A stretch of DNA of 64,000 nt from a virus. How positions within the stretch are numbered: the stretch's first letter is position 1; each line of letters starts with the position of its first letter. The notes beneath the pieces were generated by a model. The model worked only from the letters and a program-made list of their open reading frames with translations, did no database searches and was not told the origin of the DNA. Positions 55,224 to 64,000 of this stretch are shown one piece after another. The stretch spans positions 135,684 through 199,683 of the IMG/VR virus record IMGVR_UViG_3300025466_000012; one strand, given 5' to 3'. Position numbers and translations under genes: made by a program.

Positions 55224-55731
55224 ACCTGGACACAACAACATAAGTTTTTTTGTCGGAACCGAAGTAGAACACACACCGGCCCATGGACACAAGACCTTGT
55301 TTGTGGTGGGCACGCAAGACCCAGATGTCATATCAAAACGGTGTCGAGAAAACTGGTGTGAACACATCTACTTTGGAGCCAATCAAAGTTTTCCAAATCC
55401 TGCTGTCGGTGACACCACAGCTTGGCAGGCCTGGGAAAGCATGATTGTGCCGTGTTTGCAAGCAGGATACTTGTGTACCCTGGATATAGATGTGAGTGCA
55501 GTGGCAGGCCTGACCCAAGGGTGTTTGGTCGAATACCATAACTTCATACCCATGATCTCGGTCAAGATACCGCATATACAACAGTTGGGCTACCATGCCA
55601 CAATCAAGATTGACGACACCGACTTTGCCAAAAGCAACCCCGGAGTTTGGTGTCATAGTTTGCATGATTTAAGGACTAGAAAACAATTTACTCCGTGGGC
55701 GGCTTATACCAAAGACAAGGTGATCACATGA
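55216..55731 (+). CDS. Conserved hypothetical protein
   Basis: FFVGTEVEHTPAHG.KTLFVVG, HIYFGANQSF, NPGVWCHSL. Confidence 0.72.
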   Translation: MDRPGHNNISFFVGTEVEHTPAHGHKTLFVVGTQDPDVISKRCRENWCEHIYFGANQSFPNPAVGDTTAWQAWESMIVPCLQAGYLCTLDIDVSAVAGLTQGCLVEYHNFIPMISVKIPHIQQLGYHATIKIDDTDFAKSNPGVWCHSLHDLRTRKQFTPWAAYTKDKVIT

Positions 55732-56060
55732 AATCAGAACAACCAGCTACCGGCATATTGAAAAATCGAGACTGGGGCGATGCCGTGACCTACAAAGTGG
55801 TCTGCGAATGCGGGCAACCCGATCATGAACATGATGTCTGGATCGAAGCCTCTGAGACCGGAGTGGAAGTGCATGTGTATTTGACTGTCAAGACCAATTT
55901 CTGGAGTCGCACACGTTGGTCGCACATGTGGCAGTTGCTCACACAAGGCCATGTCCGCGCTGAAACCACGATTGGTATGAATCAACAGCAGGCCCAGAAC
56001 TATGCCTCTGCCTTGCATCATGCAGTAGAAGATGTGACACGATTAAGGCAAGCACCATGA
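55728..56060 (+). CDS. Hypothetical protein with CEC...H motif
   Basis: ATGA-coupled ORF. Confidence 0.68.
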   Translation: MKSEQPATGILKNRDWGDAVTYKVVCECGQPDHEHDVWIEASETGVEVHVYLTVKTNFWSRTRWSHMWQLLTQGHVRAETTIGMNQQQAQNYASALHHAVEDVTRLRQAP

Positions 56061-56332
56061 TCAAACGATTATTGCGACGCCTGATCAACTGGGCCCAAGA
56101 CCTGGATCACTGCAATGCCTTGTCCGTATCATCCTGTAGACCCGACATCGAAATGCCCAGTCCGGTCAGATTCAAAATACAACAGGCCACAGGTGGAACT
56201 ATCGTTGAAATTGCCCATTATGATAGCAAACGAGACGAAAGTCGTGTAAACTTACATATTATACCCGATTCAGAATCTGACATGCCTCAAGCGATCGCTC
56301 AAATTATAACCATTGAATTATTGAAAGCCTAA
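56057..56332 (+). CDS. Hypothetical protein
   Basis: ATGA-coupled ORF. Confidence 0.68.
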   Translation: MIKRLLRRLINWAQDLDHCNALSVSSCRPDIEMPSPVRFKIQQATGGTIVEIAHYDSKRDESRVNLHIIPDSESDMPQAIAQIITIELLKA

Positions 56333-56333
56333 C

Positions 56334-56798
56334 ATGATATCAAGTCAAAGAGAAACTGCGGAACGCATCAGCCGAGCAGCTACCAGAAAAATCTGGGTAC
56401 GTTTCCAAAAAGAAGGCATACACCGTTATCCGGCTGCCGCGACTGATCCACTATTGGCCACCGGAGACGAGTATGATGTTTCGTTCCTGGCCAGCCCACA
56501 TCGTCATATCTTCCATTTTAGAGTGTGGATTGATGTGTTCCATAACGATCGAGACATCGAGTTTATACAGTTCAAACGCTGGCTCGAGAACCTTTACAGT
56601 GGAACCGGTCCCTATAATGAAGGTCGAGTTTTAGAATTAAATTACAAATCTTGTGAGATGATGGCCGATGACTTATATATACAGATAGCAGATCGCTATC
56701 CGTATCGTGCTGTATGGATCGAAGTGGCCGAAGATGGCGAGAATGGTTGCTTGATCCAGTATGAACTTGCTCGCCCTAGCCTATCAATCGACATTTAA
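56334..56798 (+). CDS. queD: QueD/PTPS-like T-fold enzyme
   Basis: EGIHRYP, HRHIF (three Zn His), IEFIQFK, SCEMMA, VAEDGENG align to QueD EAAHRLP, HGHSF, IDFAELK, TSEVLA, VKETCTAG. Confidence 0.78.
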   Translation: MISSQRETAERISRAATRKIWVRFQKEGIHRYPAAATDPLLATGDEYDVSFLASPHRHIFHFRVWIDVFHNDRDIEFIQFKRWLENLYSGTGPYNEGRVLELNYKSCEMMADDLYIQIADRYPYRAVWIEVAEDGENGCLIQYELARPSLSIDI

Positions 56799-56810
56799 CA
56801 AGGAACCTAG

Positions 56811-57041
56811 ATGGGACGCCCACAATACCAGACCAATGCACGGGCCATGGCCGCTTGGAACGACCTGGATCGATTTAGAAATTTCTGCGTGGAATATGGT
56901 TATAGATTCCGTGAAGAAGACCTTTACAACTTTAAAACCTATGCCTGGCAACAGTACAACAAATGGGCGCAAGGCAAGAATGCCAAAAACATGTGGGAAG
57001 AAGATACCCGCAGATTCTCAGGATACCGATACAGTAGATGA
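56811..57041 (+). CDS. Small aromatic-rich hypothetical protein
   Basis: 76 aa, SD AAGGA. Confidence 0.7.
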   Translation: MGRPQYQTNARAMAAWNDLDRFRNFCVEYGYRFREEDLYNFKTYAWQQYNKWAQGKNAKNMWEEDTRRFSGYRYSR

Positions 57042-57904
57042 TCAATATATTTTTCGTTCCAGGAATGTTTGGATCAACCATCGAATACGTATTAAGATCT
57101 TTTACCAAAGAATACACACCCGTCACATGCAGTATCGATGATGATGGATCCATGCACTCGTTCAAGAAACAATTTCATCCACTCTCATTAGATGACCTGG
57201 GCAACTCTGTTTACTCGGACATTACCACTCCAATATATCCATTCAAAAAAGGTCACCTTCCTGAAATTATTGAGTTATTTCAAAAACAGGTTATGGACAA
57301 AAAATCTGTATTGATATATGCTGATTCATTACAATCAGCCGAACTCAACATGCTGTTTCAGTATTATAAAATTGCAAATGGATCAAGATTAAAACTCGGT
57401 CTGGATATATTCTGCGGGGACAATGCCCAAAACATTATAAATTGGAATAAAAAATACCGACACTGGAGCGATATGCAATATTGGGAGCTTCGTGAATGGA
57501 TCAGTCTGTTTTACCCACAGTGGGTACAGGAATGGATAATGTCTCAACATCAGGTACCCAACGGATTTTTAAAGATATCAAATACAGATCTATTATATAA
57601 TACCAAGGACCGCTTGATTGATATTGTAAATTTTACCAAACTAACCATTAGCAAACAGCTTGATGATTTTGTGACCAAATGGCAACAGAAGCAACAATAT
57701 ATTGTGTCGGAATTTGATACGTTAGATCAGATCATGTCCAACACGTTGTCTCAAAAAGATTTTTCCTGGTGCCCGTTGTGTATCATTGGCGAAGCTATCA
57801 TACAACAACGCTTACGGGCTGAAAAATTCGAGATCAGGTGCGATGGGCTCAACACCTTTCCAACAGACGCCAAAACACTTTACTCTCTGCTAGAAAAATG
57901 TTAA
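57038..57904 (+). CDS. AT-rich hypothetical protein, paralogue of 21850..22869
   Basis: GSMHSF, WELREWIS, IRCDGLNTFPTDAKTLYSLLE. Confidence 0.7.
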   Translation: MINIFFVPGMFGSTIEYVLRSFTKEYTPVTCSIDDDGSMHSFKKQFHPLSLDDLGNSVYSDITTPIYPFKKGHLPEIIELFQKQVMDKKSVLIYADSLQSAELNMLFQYYKIANGSRLKLGLDIFCGDNAQNIINWNKKYRHWSDMQYWELREWISLFYPQWVQEWIMSQHQVPNGFLKISNTDLLYNTKDRLIDIVNFTKLTISKQLDDFVTKWQQKQQYIVSEFDTLDQIMSNTLSQKDFSWCPLCIIGEAIIQQRLRAEKFEIRCDGLNTFPTDAKTLYSLLEKC

Positions 57905-57929
57905 ACTGATAAAACTATAGGAAATACAT

Positions 57930-59123
57930 ATGAGAAAACTATTTTATTGCGGACTTGAATCGTATGAATCAAGATACACTTTACAACTGACTGAATGGAA
58001 TCGACGTGTGTTTGATCGCCGCGGCCTAGACGTGATCTATGTTCCAGGTCAAACTATTGACAATACTGGTGCCATCAGCGTGGGGCAGGTGTTGGACGCA
58101 CATGGTCGCAGTTATTTTAGCATGAGTCAGATGATGAATCTGGTGCAGATGATGCGAAATGGGGAAGTCACTGGCGATGATGTGGTCTACTTTGAAGACA
58201 TGTTCCAGCCTGGAATCGAAAGTCTGCCCTACATCATGAATCAAATTGATCCCAGCATGCGACCAAAAGTGTTTGTGCGTTGTTTGGCACAGAGCATAGA
58301 TCCCGATGATTTTGTGCATGTGTGGGGCATGGCCGGTTGGATGGGACAATATGAACACATGGTGAACAGTTTTGTCACTGGCGTGCTGGCCAGCAACGAA
58401 GAGATGGTAGCCCACATGCGGATCGCTGGCTGGACTGCTCCGATCTACAACATAAGTGGACTGGCATTTGGCAAAAGCGAAGTGCTTGAGCGCATAGGTG
58501 GCTCGCAAAATATCCGACCATTTGATCAACGTACTCGCAGGGTGTCTTTTGCGGCACGCTGGGATCAAGAAAAACAGCCCGGCTTCTTCATGGATCTGGC
58601 CCAGCAACGTCAGGGGCAAGGCATTGAATTTGCTGTCATGCAAGGTGGGCCGTTGCGCAGCAACAATCCTGACTACGTGACCCGTGCTCGTGAACTGGAA
58701 GCCAATGGTTGCCTGACCATATATGAGAATCTAAAGAAAAATGATTACTATGCTTTGCTTAATGATACCCGTGTGCTATTTAACTGTGCTTTACAGGACT
58801 GGGTCAGCAACACCGTGTCAGAAGCAGACACGCTTGGATCGAATGTGTTATATCCTGCTTATCGTAGTTTCCCTGAAACTTTTGCAAATGACGCTGACCG
58901 GTTGTATGTTCCTTGGAGCCTGGCAGATGCCAGTGCCAAACTGGATAGACTGTTGCAACAACCGCACCCGAATCAAGGCTTGATCAGTGACTGGACTGAT
59001 GGCACTGTGGATCGTGTGGTGGACATCCTGAGCAACAACGGTCTAGAATGGTTCAGAAGCGGACCTGCATATCGTTCATATGCCAATGAGGCCAAGTATA
59101 AATTGAACAAGGCACAGCCATGA
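57930..59123 (+). CDS. GT-B (GT4-like) glycosyltransferase
   Basis: FAARWDQEKQP, VLFNCALQDWVSNTVSEA..G...LYPAYRSFPE donor-binding domain. Confidence 0.8.
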   Translation: MRKLFYCGLESYESRYTLQLTEWNRRVFDRRGLDVIYVPGQTIDNTGAISVGQVLDAHGRSYFSMSQMMNLVQMMRNGEVTGDDVVYFEDMFQPGIESLPYIMNQIDPSMRPKVFVRCLAQSIDPDDFVHVWGMAGWMGQYEHMVNSFVTGVLASNEEMVAHMRIAGWTAPIYNISGLAFGKSEVLERIGGSQNIRPFDQRTRRVSFAARWDQEKQPGFFMDLAQQRQGQGIEFAVMQGGPLRSNNPDYVTRARELEANGCLTIYENLKKNDYYALLNDTRVLFNCALQDWVSNTVSEADTLGSNVLYPAYRSFPETFANDADRLYVPWSLADASAKLDRLLQQPHPNQGLISDWTDGTVDRVVDILSNNGLEWFRSGPAYRSYANEAKYKLNKAQP

Positions 59124-60070
59124 AAATAGCAGTTACCGGGGCCGCCGGCTATATTGGTGGCCAGACCTTGCTGGATTTGATTGATGCCGGGCATGAAGTG
59201 CTGGCCATCGACCATCGTTTACCGCCTAGCCATCTGCTGCCGACACCCAGGACCTGGTGGCATACCGGTGATTATGCGACTGAATTGGCCTTTACTGCAC
59301 TGCATCGGTTTGCACCTGAGGCCATCATACACTGTGCCGGTACCAGCTTGGTTGGGCCCAGCATGACCGACCCAGCTGTATACTACGAAAACAATTTTGT
59401 GAAAACCAAACGGCTTCTGGATTTCTTGATCGTGAATGGCATGACTCCAAGAATCATATTCAGTTCGAGTGCATCAGTATATGGCAATCCGGTCATGACT
59501 CCATGCCAGGAATGCGATCCTGCGGAACCAATCAGTCCGTACGGACAAAGCAAGCTCATGACCGAATGGCTGTTGCAAAGCTATAACACAGCATACGGTG
59601 TGGACTATGTGGCGTTCCGTTACTTCAATGCGTGTGGAGCAGACAGTCAAGCCAGGCATGGACAGGAACCAGGTGCCACACATATCATAGCTCGAGTGTT
59701 GGAGGCCATGCGTGATCAAAACAATTTTGTGCTGAATGGCACGGATTTTGAAACAGCAGATGGAACCTGTGTGCGAGATTATGTGCATGTGCATGATTTG
59801 GTCCATGCGCATATCTTGGCTGTAGATTCCAAAGTGCCCGTTGGCATTTACAATCTGGGTACCAGTACTGGCCATAGCAATTTGGAAATCATACAAGGTG
59901 CCATTGCTGTGACCAAAAAAGATTTTGTTTACCAGTCTGGCCATAAGAGACCCGGTGATCCGGCCATGCTCACAGCCGATGCTGGCCAGTTCCAAAAGGT
60001 CAGCGGCTGGCAACCCAGACATGATCTAGACGCGATTTTATCACATGCCTGGGCCTGGTACACCCGATGA
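59120..60070 (+). CDS. galE: UDP-glucose 4-epimerase
   Basis: VTGAAGYIG, FSSSASVYG, YGQSK (YxxxK), FRYFNACG, DGTCVRDYVHV. Confidence 0.9.
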   Translation: MKIAVTGAAGYIGGQTLLDLIDAGHEVLAIDHRLPPSHLLPTPRTWWHTGDYATELAFTALHRFAPEAIIHCAGTSLVGPSMTDPAVYYENNFVKTKRLLDFLIVNGMTPRIIFSSSASVYGNPVMTPCQECDPAEPISPYGQSKLMTEWLLQSYNTAYGVDYVAFRYFNACGADSQARHGQEPGATHIIARVLEAMRDQNNFVLNGTDFETADGTCVRDYVHVHDLVHAHILAVDSKVPVGIYNLGTSTGHSNLEIIQGAIAVTKKDFVYQSGHKRPGDPAMLTADAGQFQKVSGWQPRHDLDAILSHAWAWYTR

Positions 60071-60645
60071 GTTTTCAAGCCTTGTTTGATTTTGAAACAG
60101 CCCTAGCTGATTATACCGGCGCACCTTATGTGGTTGCGACCACAGGTTGTACCCAGGCCTTGGAACTGTGTTTGAGATACGAACATGTGACTGCCTGTGA
60201 GCTCACGGCCTTTACCTATATCAGCATACCGCAACTGTTGCGACAGCTGGGCATCAGTTATAGATTCCGTACCGAATATTGGATCGGTGAATATCAGTTG
60301 CGTGGTACCAGAATCTGGGACAGCGCCAGACTGTTACGACCTGGCATGTACAGGCCCGGACAGTTGCAATGTGTCAGTTTCGGTCATGCAAAGCCTTTAC
60401 AGATAGGCCGTGTGGGTGCTATACTGTTAGATCGCAAGGCAGAATATGAAATGTTTAGTTGCATGAGATCGGATGGTAGAGACCTGCGCATTGAACCCTG
60501 GCAACGTCAGGAGACTTTTGCAGAAGGATATCACTACTGTCCAACCCTGGAAGATTGTGAGCGAGGCCTACAGTTGTTGTCCACAGTTGATCCCGAACCC
60601 AAACAGCACTCATATCCAGACCTAAGACGTATTGAATTTAAATGA
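60067..60645 (+). CDS. Shortened DegT/DnrJ/EryC1/StrS PLP-dependent aminotransferase
   Basis: TTGCTQALEL, DSA, SFGHAK (PLP lysine); only 192 aa. Confidence 0.78.
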   Translation: MSFQALFDFETALADYTGAPYVVATTGCTQALELCLRYEHVTACELTAFTYISIPQLLRQLGISYRFRTEYWIGEYQLRGTRIWDSARLLRPGMYRPGQLQCVSFGHAKPLQIGRVGAILLDRKAEYEMFSCMRSDGRDLRIEPWQRQETFAEGYHYCPTLEDCERGLQLLSTVDPEPKQHSYPDLRRIEFK

Positions 60646-60658
60646 ACAGGAACAAACA

Positions 60659-61414
60659 ATGAGCTACGATAAAGTATATAAAGATTTTGAAGCAGGCGAG
60701 GGCCTGAATAGCGACAAGGATTACAAAACTGCCAATCTGGCAGATGCCCTCCGTGCCAGAATGAAACGGGATAAAAAACGTTTCTGGGCCGGAGACAATA
60801 TCAGCGATTATTTGTATGGGAGCGACAAAGAACATTTGATCGATGAAGCTACAGAAGCATTTGAACGAGTATTAGATACACTACTGATTGATCGAGAAAC
60901 AGATCCAAATAGTCAAGGCACAGCTCGACGCTTGGCAAAAATGTATTTCAACGAAATCATGGCAGGCAGATATGAGCCTGCTCCTGATGCCACAGCCTTC
61001 CCCAATGATAGCGAAGATAGATATGAAGGCATGTTGGTCGTTCGTAGTGAGTTACGAAGCATGTGTAGTCATCATCATCAGCCTGTCTCAGGAGTTGCCT
61101 ATATCGGCATCATCGCCGCTGCCAAACTCATTGGACTTAGCAAGTATACCAGGATCGCTCAGTGGTGCGCTAGGCGTGGCACACTGCAAGAAGAGCTATG
61201 TAATGACATCGCTCGAGAAATAATGCGAGCTACTGACAGCGAAAATGTGGGTGTTTATATTGAAATGATACACGGATGTGTAGAAAATAGAGGCGTAATG
61301 GCTCACAATAGTCTAACACAAACCACTGTGCTCAAAGGCGCTTTCTTAAAAGATCCAGGAACAAAGAAAGAGTTTTTTGATAATATTGCTTTACAATCAA
61401 GGAATGGCAACTAA
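60659..61414 (+). CDS. folE: GTP cyclohydrolase I
   Basis: TARRLAKMY, SMCSHH, IGLSKYTRI, RRGTLQE, HGCVENRGV. Confidence 0.95.
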   Translation: MSYDKVYKDFEAGEGLNSDKDYKTANLADALRARMKRDKKRFWAGDNISDYLYGSDKEHLIDEATEAFERVLDTLLIDRETDPNSQGTARRLAKMYFNEIMAGRYEPAPDATAFPNDSEDRYEGMLVVRSELRSMCSHHHQPVSGVAYIGIIAAAKLIGLSKYTRIAQWCARRGTLQEELCNDIAREIMRATDSENVGVYIEMIHGCVENRGVMAHNSLTQTTVLKGAFLKDPGTKKEFFDNIALQSRNGN

Positions 61415-61440
61415 AATATGAAAACAGGATGCTGTGACAA

Positions 61441-61617
61441 ATGAATACAAATAACCCAAAAGCAATATTAAGACAAAAAGAAGCAGAATTTTGTAAGGTA
61501 GAAGAAGATGCGTTTTATACTAATCCTACCGATAAAAATAGATTTCGTGCCCAACGTAAACGAAATGAATTTGTTTGGCACACTATCAAACTGCAACAGG
61601 AGTTTGCGCCAAGATGA
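61441..61617 (+). CDS. 58-aa AT-rich ORF (not in ORF track)
   Basis: MNTNNPKAILRQKEAEFC...QQEFAPR; stop overlaps the next ATG. Confidence 0.45.
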   Translation: MNTNNPKAILRQKEAEFCKVEEDAFYTNPTDKNRFRAQRKRNEFVWHTIKLQQEFAPR

Positions 61618-61814
61618 TGTCATTGTTACTTTTTGTGTTGGGCGTTGCTGTTGGTATTACCTTGGCAGAGAAATCACAGCGTAGACCTCCACCCACACCC
61701 AGTGAATTACAAGATCGGCTCACTGTGGCAACCAATCTCAATGACAGTTTGCGGCGAGACCTGGACGAGGCCAAAGAAAAAATATGGAAATTGAAACAGT
61801 TGGAGACAAAATGA
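61614..61814 (+). CDS. Small membrane-anchored coiled-coil protein
   Basis: N-terminal TM segment; SD AGGAG. Confidence 0.65.
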   Translation: MMSLLLFVLGVAVGITLAEKSQRRPPPTPSELQDRLTVATNLNDSLRRDLDEAKEKIWKLKQLETK

Positions 61815-62179
61815 TCAAAAGCATTACTTCGAGCAGTGGTAGACATTTATCAGTCTACTCCGGAACAGGGCATTTGCCCATAGTGTACCCCAACAGCAAC
61901 AATCCGTTGCAGGGCATGTTGCGAATCAACGGCTTCAATCTTGAAGTGTTTGACGGCAACGTATGGTTGCAGATAGCCGCACCACAAGCAGACATTGCAT
62001 TGAATGACCATACCATGGCCACCCTGGACTGGGCCAAGAAAAAAATGGACAACGAAAAACGCATGTTGGAGCTGGCACAAACACACCCAGGTGTTGCCGA
62101 TGCTGTGGCTGAGCTGACGCATGCCCAGCAACAGGTCGATATCATGGTGGCCCTGACCGACAAAAACATCAGCAACTGA
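61811..62179 (+). CDS. Hypothetical protein
   Basis: ATGA-coupled, SD GGAG. Confidence 0.7.
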   Translation: MIKSITSSSGRHLSVYSGTGHLPIVYPNSNNPLQGMLRINGFNLEVFDGNVWLQIAAPQADIALNDHTMATLDWAKKKMDNEKRMLELAQTHPGVADAVAELTHAQQQVDIMVALTDKNISN

Positions 62180-62196
62180 CCAATCAACGGAGATAT

Positions 62197-62412
62197 ATGG
62201 GAATTTATATTTGCCAAACATGTGATACATCAGTTTTCATAATTTGCGCACGTTGCTCACCAGATCCAATAAGAGCCAGTGATGGTACCATGACCGACAA
62301 TCAAAAGGTTCTGCCAGATGGAAACACGGTCAAGATCACACTGTGTCAAAAATGTTTGAGATCAATTGACCCGCCCAGATGCTGTGATCAAGAAATGATC
62401 TGTCCTATCTAG
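62197..62412 (+). CDS. Small Cys-rich (Zn-binding-like) protein
   Basis: CxxC three times plus CC; SD GGAG. Confidence 0.6.
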   Translation: MGIYICQTCDTSVFIICARCSPDPIRASDGTMTDNQKVLPDGNTVKITLCQKCLRSIDPPRCCDQEMICPI

Positions 62413-62451
62413 ACCGAACCTGACAGATCGTGTTGCTAAAATCCCACACGA

Positions 62452-62480
62452 TTGACCCAAAAAGGCTCTAGCAGTATAAT
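62452..62480 (+). promoter_or_regulatory. sigma70-type promoter
   Basis: TTGACC (62452-62457), 17 nt, TATAAT (62475-62480). Confidence 0.75.
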
Positions 62481-62510
62481 AGTAGTATCATTGTAATCAA
62501 GGATACTGCC

Positions 62511-64000
62511 ATGCCCAGAAAACTGTTATATCTATTGATGTTTGGCTCGGCTGTGCTGGTCGGCTGTGCTGGTGGTGGCAGTGGTAGTGGTGCAATACCG
62601 CCTGGCGTGTCGGTTCCTACGCCCACACCGGCACCAACGCCACCGGCCACAACGAAAGCCAGTCCTGCTGTGCCCTACGCTACCCCGGTCATGGTTGGAT
62701 CGCTCAATCCCTTGCAAGGCAGCAATGGCAATCAGTATCCCAGCTCGCAGACGTTTGTCCAAGACCTAACCGGATCGGGCGCACAGAACGTGATCGTGGC
62801 CACTGCGCAAAGTTCAGGAACCGGTGTCACCAGCAACAACTATCTTGGCAGTGCGATTTCGGTATATGGTTGGTCACGTGGACAGTTGGTCGATCAAACA
62901 GCACAATGGTTGCCCAACAACAGCAACATCATCGTTGGCACCAATAACATCTTGTTCGGCAACTTTAACGGTTCTGGACGACCCAGCATGTACGTGGGAC
63001 CATTTACCGATAACAATACCAACACCAGCCAAGCTGAAATTTTTGTCAACTCAGGCAGTTCGTTCACCAGATACAATATCGATCTTCCTTATAAACTGAG
63101 TTCGCCTGGCAGCACCACTTTCATGTACAACGGTGTAGAAAACATCGTGGCTGTAAGCGACTCCAACAACACCACATTTATTTTTGGCAGTACCACCAAT
63201 CAGTTCCGGGCAGTCAACGTCAACAACCTGAACAACGCCGGCAGTGCCATTGCTGCTGGCGATTTTTTAGGAAACGGTACTACCACTTTCGTGATCACCG
63301 ACGACAACAACGGATCAGGAGCTGATCCACGATCGACCCGTTTGTACAACTGGAATCTAAATCAGACCACCGGGGCAGTAAGCATGAACATGATTGGAAT
63401 ATTGCCTCCGGCCATACTGGATACAGCCCAGTTTGATTCCTATTTTGCCAACTACCCCAAACCACCTGGTATCAATTTGCGTAGCAACAATATTGGCATC
63501 GTCAAGTACGATTTTGACGAATCCGGTGTGCCCAGCCTGGTGTTGCTGGATATGCCAACCAATTACAGTGGACCACTACAAAGTGCTGTTCAATTTCTAA
63601 AAAACAACGGGACCGGCACATTTACTGATGTGACCAGCACTGTGCTGACTGGCTACAACTACAACAAATCAGCCGCCACCATCAGCGTGGTTGATCTGCT
63701 GAACAATGGCTTGCCTGATATTGTGTTGTCCGGTGGTGGCGGAGTGCAGGTACTCATGCAGGTCAGTCGAGGTCAGTACGTGGCCAGTTTTGCCAACGTG
63801 ATCACCAGCTTCCAAAATCAAGTGGCCAGTTTGCAAAACGGTGCTGGTATTGCCAGCGTGGTCAATTTTGTGCAAGGACCAGGAGGTCAGCTGTACCTGT
63901 TGGACATGATAGACTCGCCGACCAACATGTCACAAAAGAATCTGTATCTCAGTGCGTTGGGATCCGGTTCTAGCACTGCCAATGCCGCCCAGTTGCTATC
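62511..64000 (+). CDS. Large lipoprotein with FG-GAP/VCBS-like repeats (partial, runs off the window; not in ORF track)
   Basis: Hand translation from ATG 62511 is open to 64000; lipobox LVGC, PTPTPAP linker, GNFNGSGRP, AGDFLGNG, DFDESGVP, DLLNNGLPDIV. Confidence 0.85.
   Translation, partial: MPRKLLYLLMFGSAVLVGCAGGGSGSGAIPPGVSVPTPTPAPTPPATTKASPAVPYATPVMVGSLNPLQGSNGNQYPSSQTFVQDLTGSGAQNVIVATAQSSGTGVTSNNYLGSAISVYGWSRGQLVDQTAQWLPNNSNIIVGTNNILFGNFNGSGRPSMYVGPFTDNNTNTSQAEIFVNSGSSFTRYNIDLPYKLSSPGSTTFMYNGVENIVAVSDSNNTTFIFGSTTNQFRAVNVNNLNNAGSAIAAGDFLGNGTTTFVITDDNNGSGADPRSTRLYNWNLNQTTGAVSMNMIGILPPAILDTAQFDSYFANYPKPPGINLRSNNIGIVKYDFDESGVPSLVLLDMPTNYSGPLQSAVQFLKNNGTGTFTDVTSTVLTGYNYNKSAATISVVDLLNNGLPDIVLSGGGGVQVLMQVSRGQYVASFANVITSFQNQVASLQNGAGIASVVNFVQGPGGQLYLLDMIDSPTNMSQKNLYLSALGSGSSTANAAQLL

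Noticed and set aside
1093-63875. Numerous long minus-strand and alternate-frame ORFs in the track (e.g. 1093..1866, 14264..14908, 23967..24740, 29908..30561, 36976..37563, 54235..54981)
   Set aside because: They overlap well-supported + strand genes and have no motifs or RBS; treated as shadow ORFs. Only phoH and the methyltransferase are accepted on the minus strand.
1-64000. tRNA, tmRNA or rRNA genes
   Set aside because: No cloverleaf with T-loop GTTCRA and acceptor stem was seen in the few intergenic gaps; a tRNAscan-SE/ARAGORN run would be decisive.
1-64000. Stop-codon reassignment
   Set aside because: Genes tile the window under code 11 with TAA, TAG and TGA all used as coupled stops, and known proteins are of normal length.

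Overview
Gene-dense 64 kb segment of a large T4-like (myovirus-type) Caudoviricetes genome in the standard genetic code. Almost all genes are on the + strand. No tRNA, rRNA, CRISPR array or IS element was recognised. Left to right: (1) host-takeover genes (SleB hydrolase, IF-1, Fe/Mn-SOD, ErpA); (2) a tail fibre/baseplate block; (3) repair and replication genes (DnaE half-domain, GroES, MBD4-like glycosylase, clamp loader, HAD nucleotidase, PhoH); (4) a biosynthetic-like cluster (methyltransferase, diiron enzyme, glutamine amidotransferase, TctC binding protein, sulfotransferase-like P-loop proteins, 2OG-Fe oxygenase, APS kinase); (5) a lysis cassette whose holin has an FG-repeat tail; (6) DnaJ and ClpA; (7) a 12 kb late cluster of modular proteins, several sharing an N-terminal MRxxEFVxE motif like the T4 capsid-targeting signal and carrying Glu-ending linkers between domains; (8) a candidate structured RNA; (9) PolB and sliding clamp; (10) a 7-deazaguanine pathway (TGT/DpdA-like, QueD-like, FolE) interleaved with GT4, GalE and DegT; (11) a long lipoprotein ORF running off the right end that is absent from the ORF track. 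Two promoter classes are visible: sigma70 (TTGACN-17-TATAAT) and T4-late-like TAA(A/T)TA. Many late motifs sit 3-7 nt before a start codon with no Shine-Dalgarno, and some lie in the loops of hairpins that occlude the start codon or RBS. All family calls come from motif recognition by eye; no database search was run.
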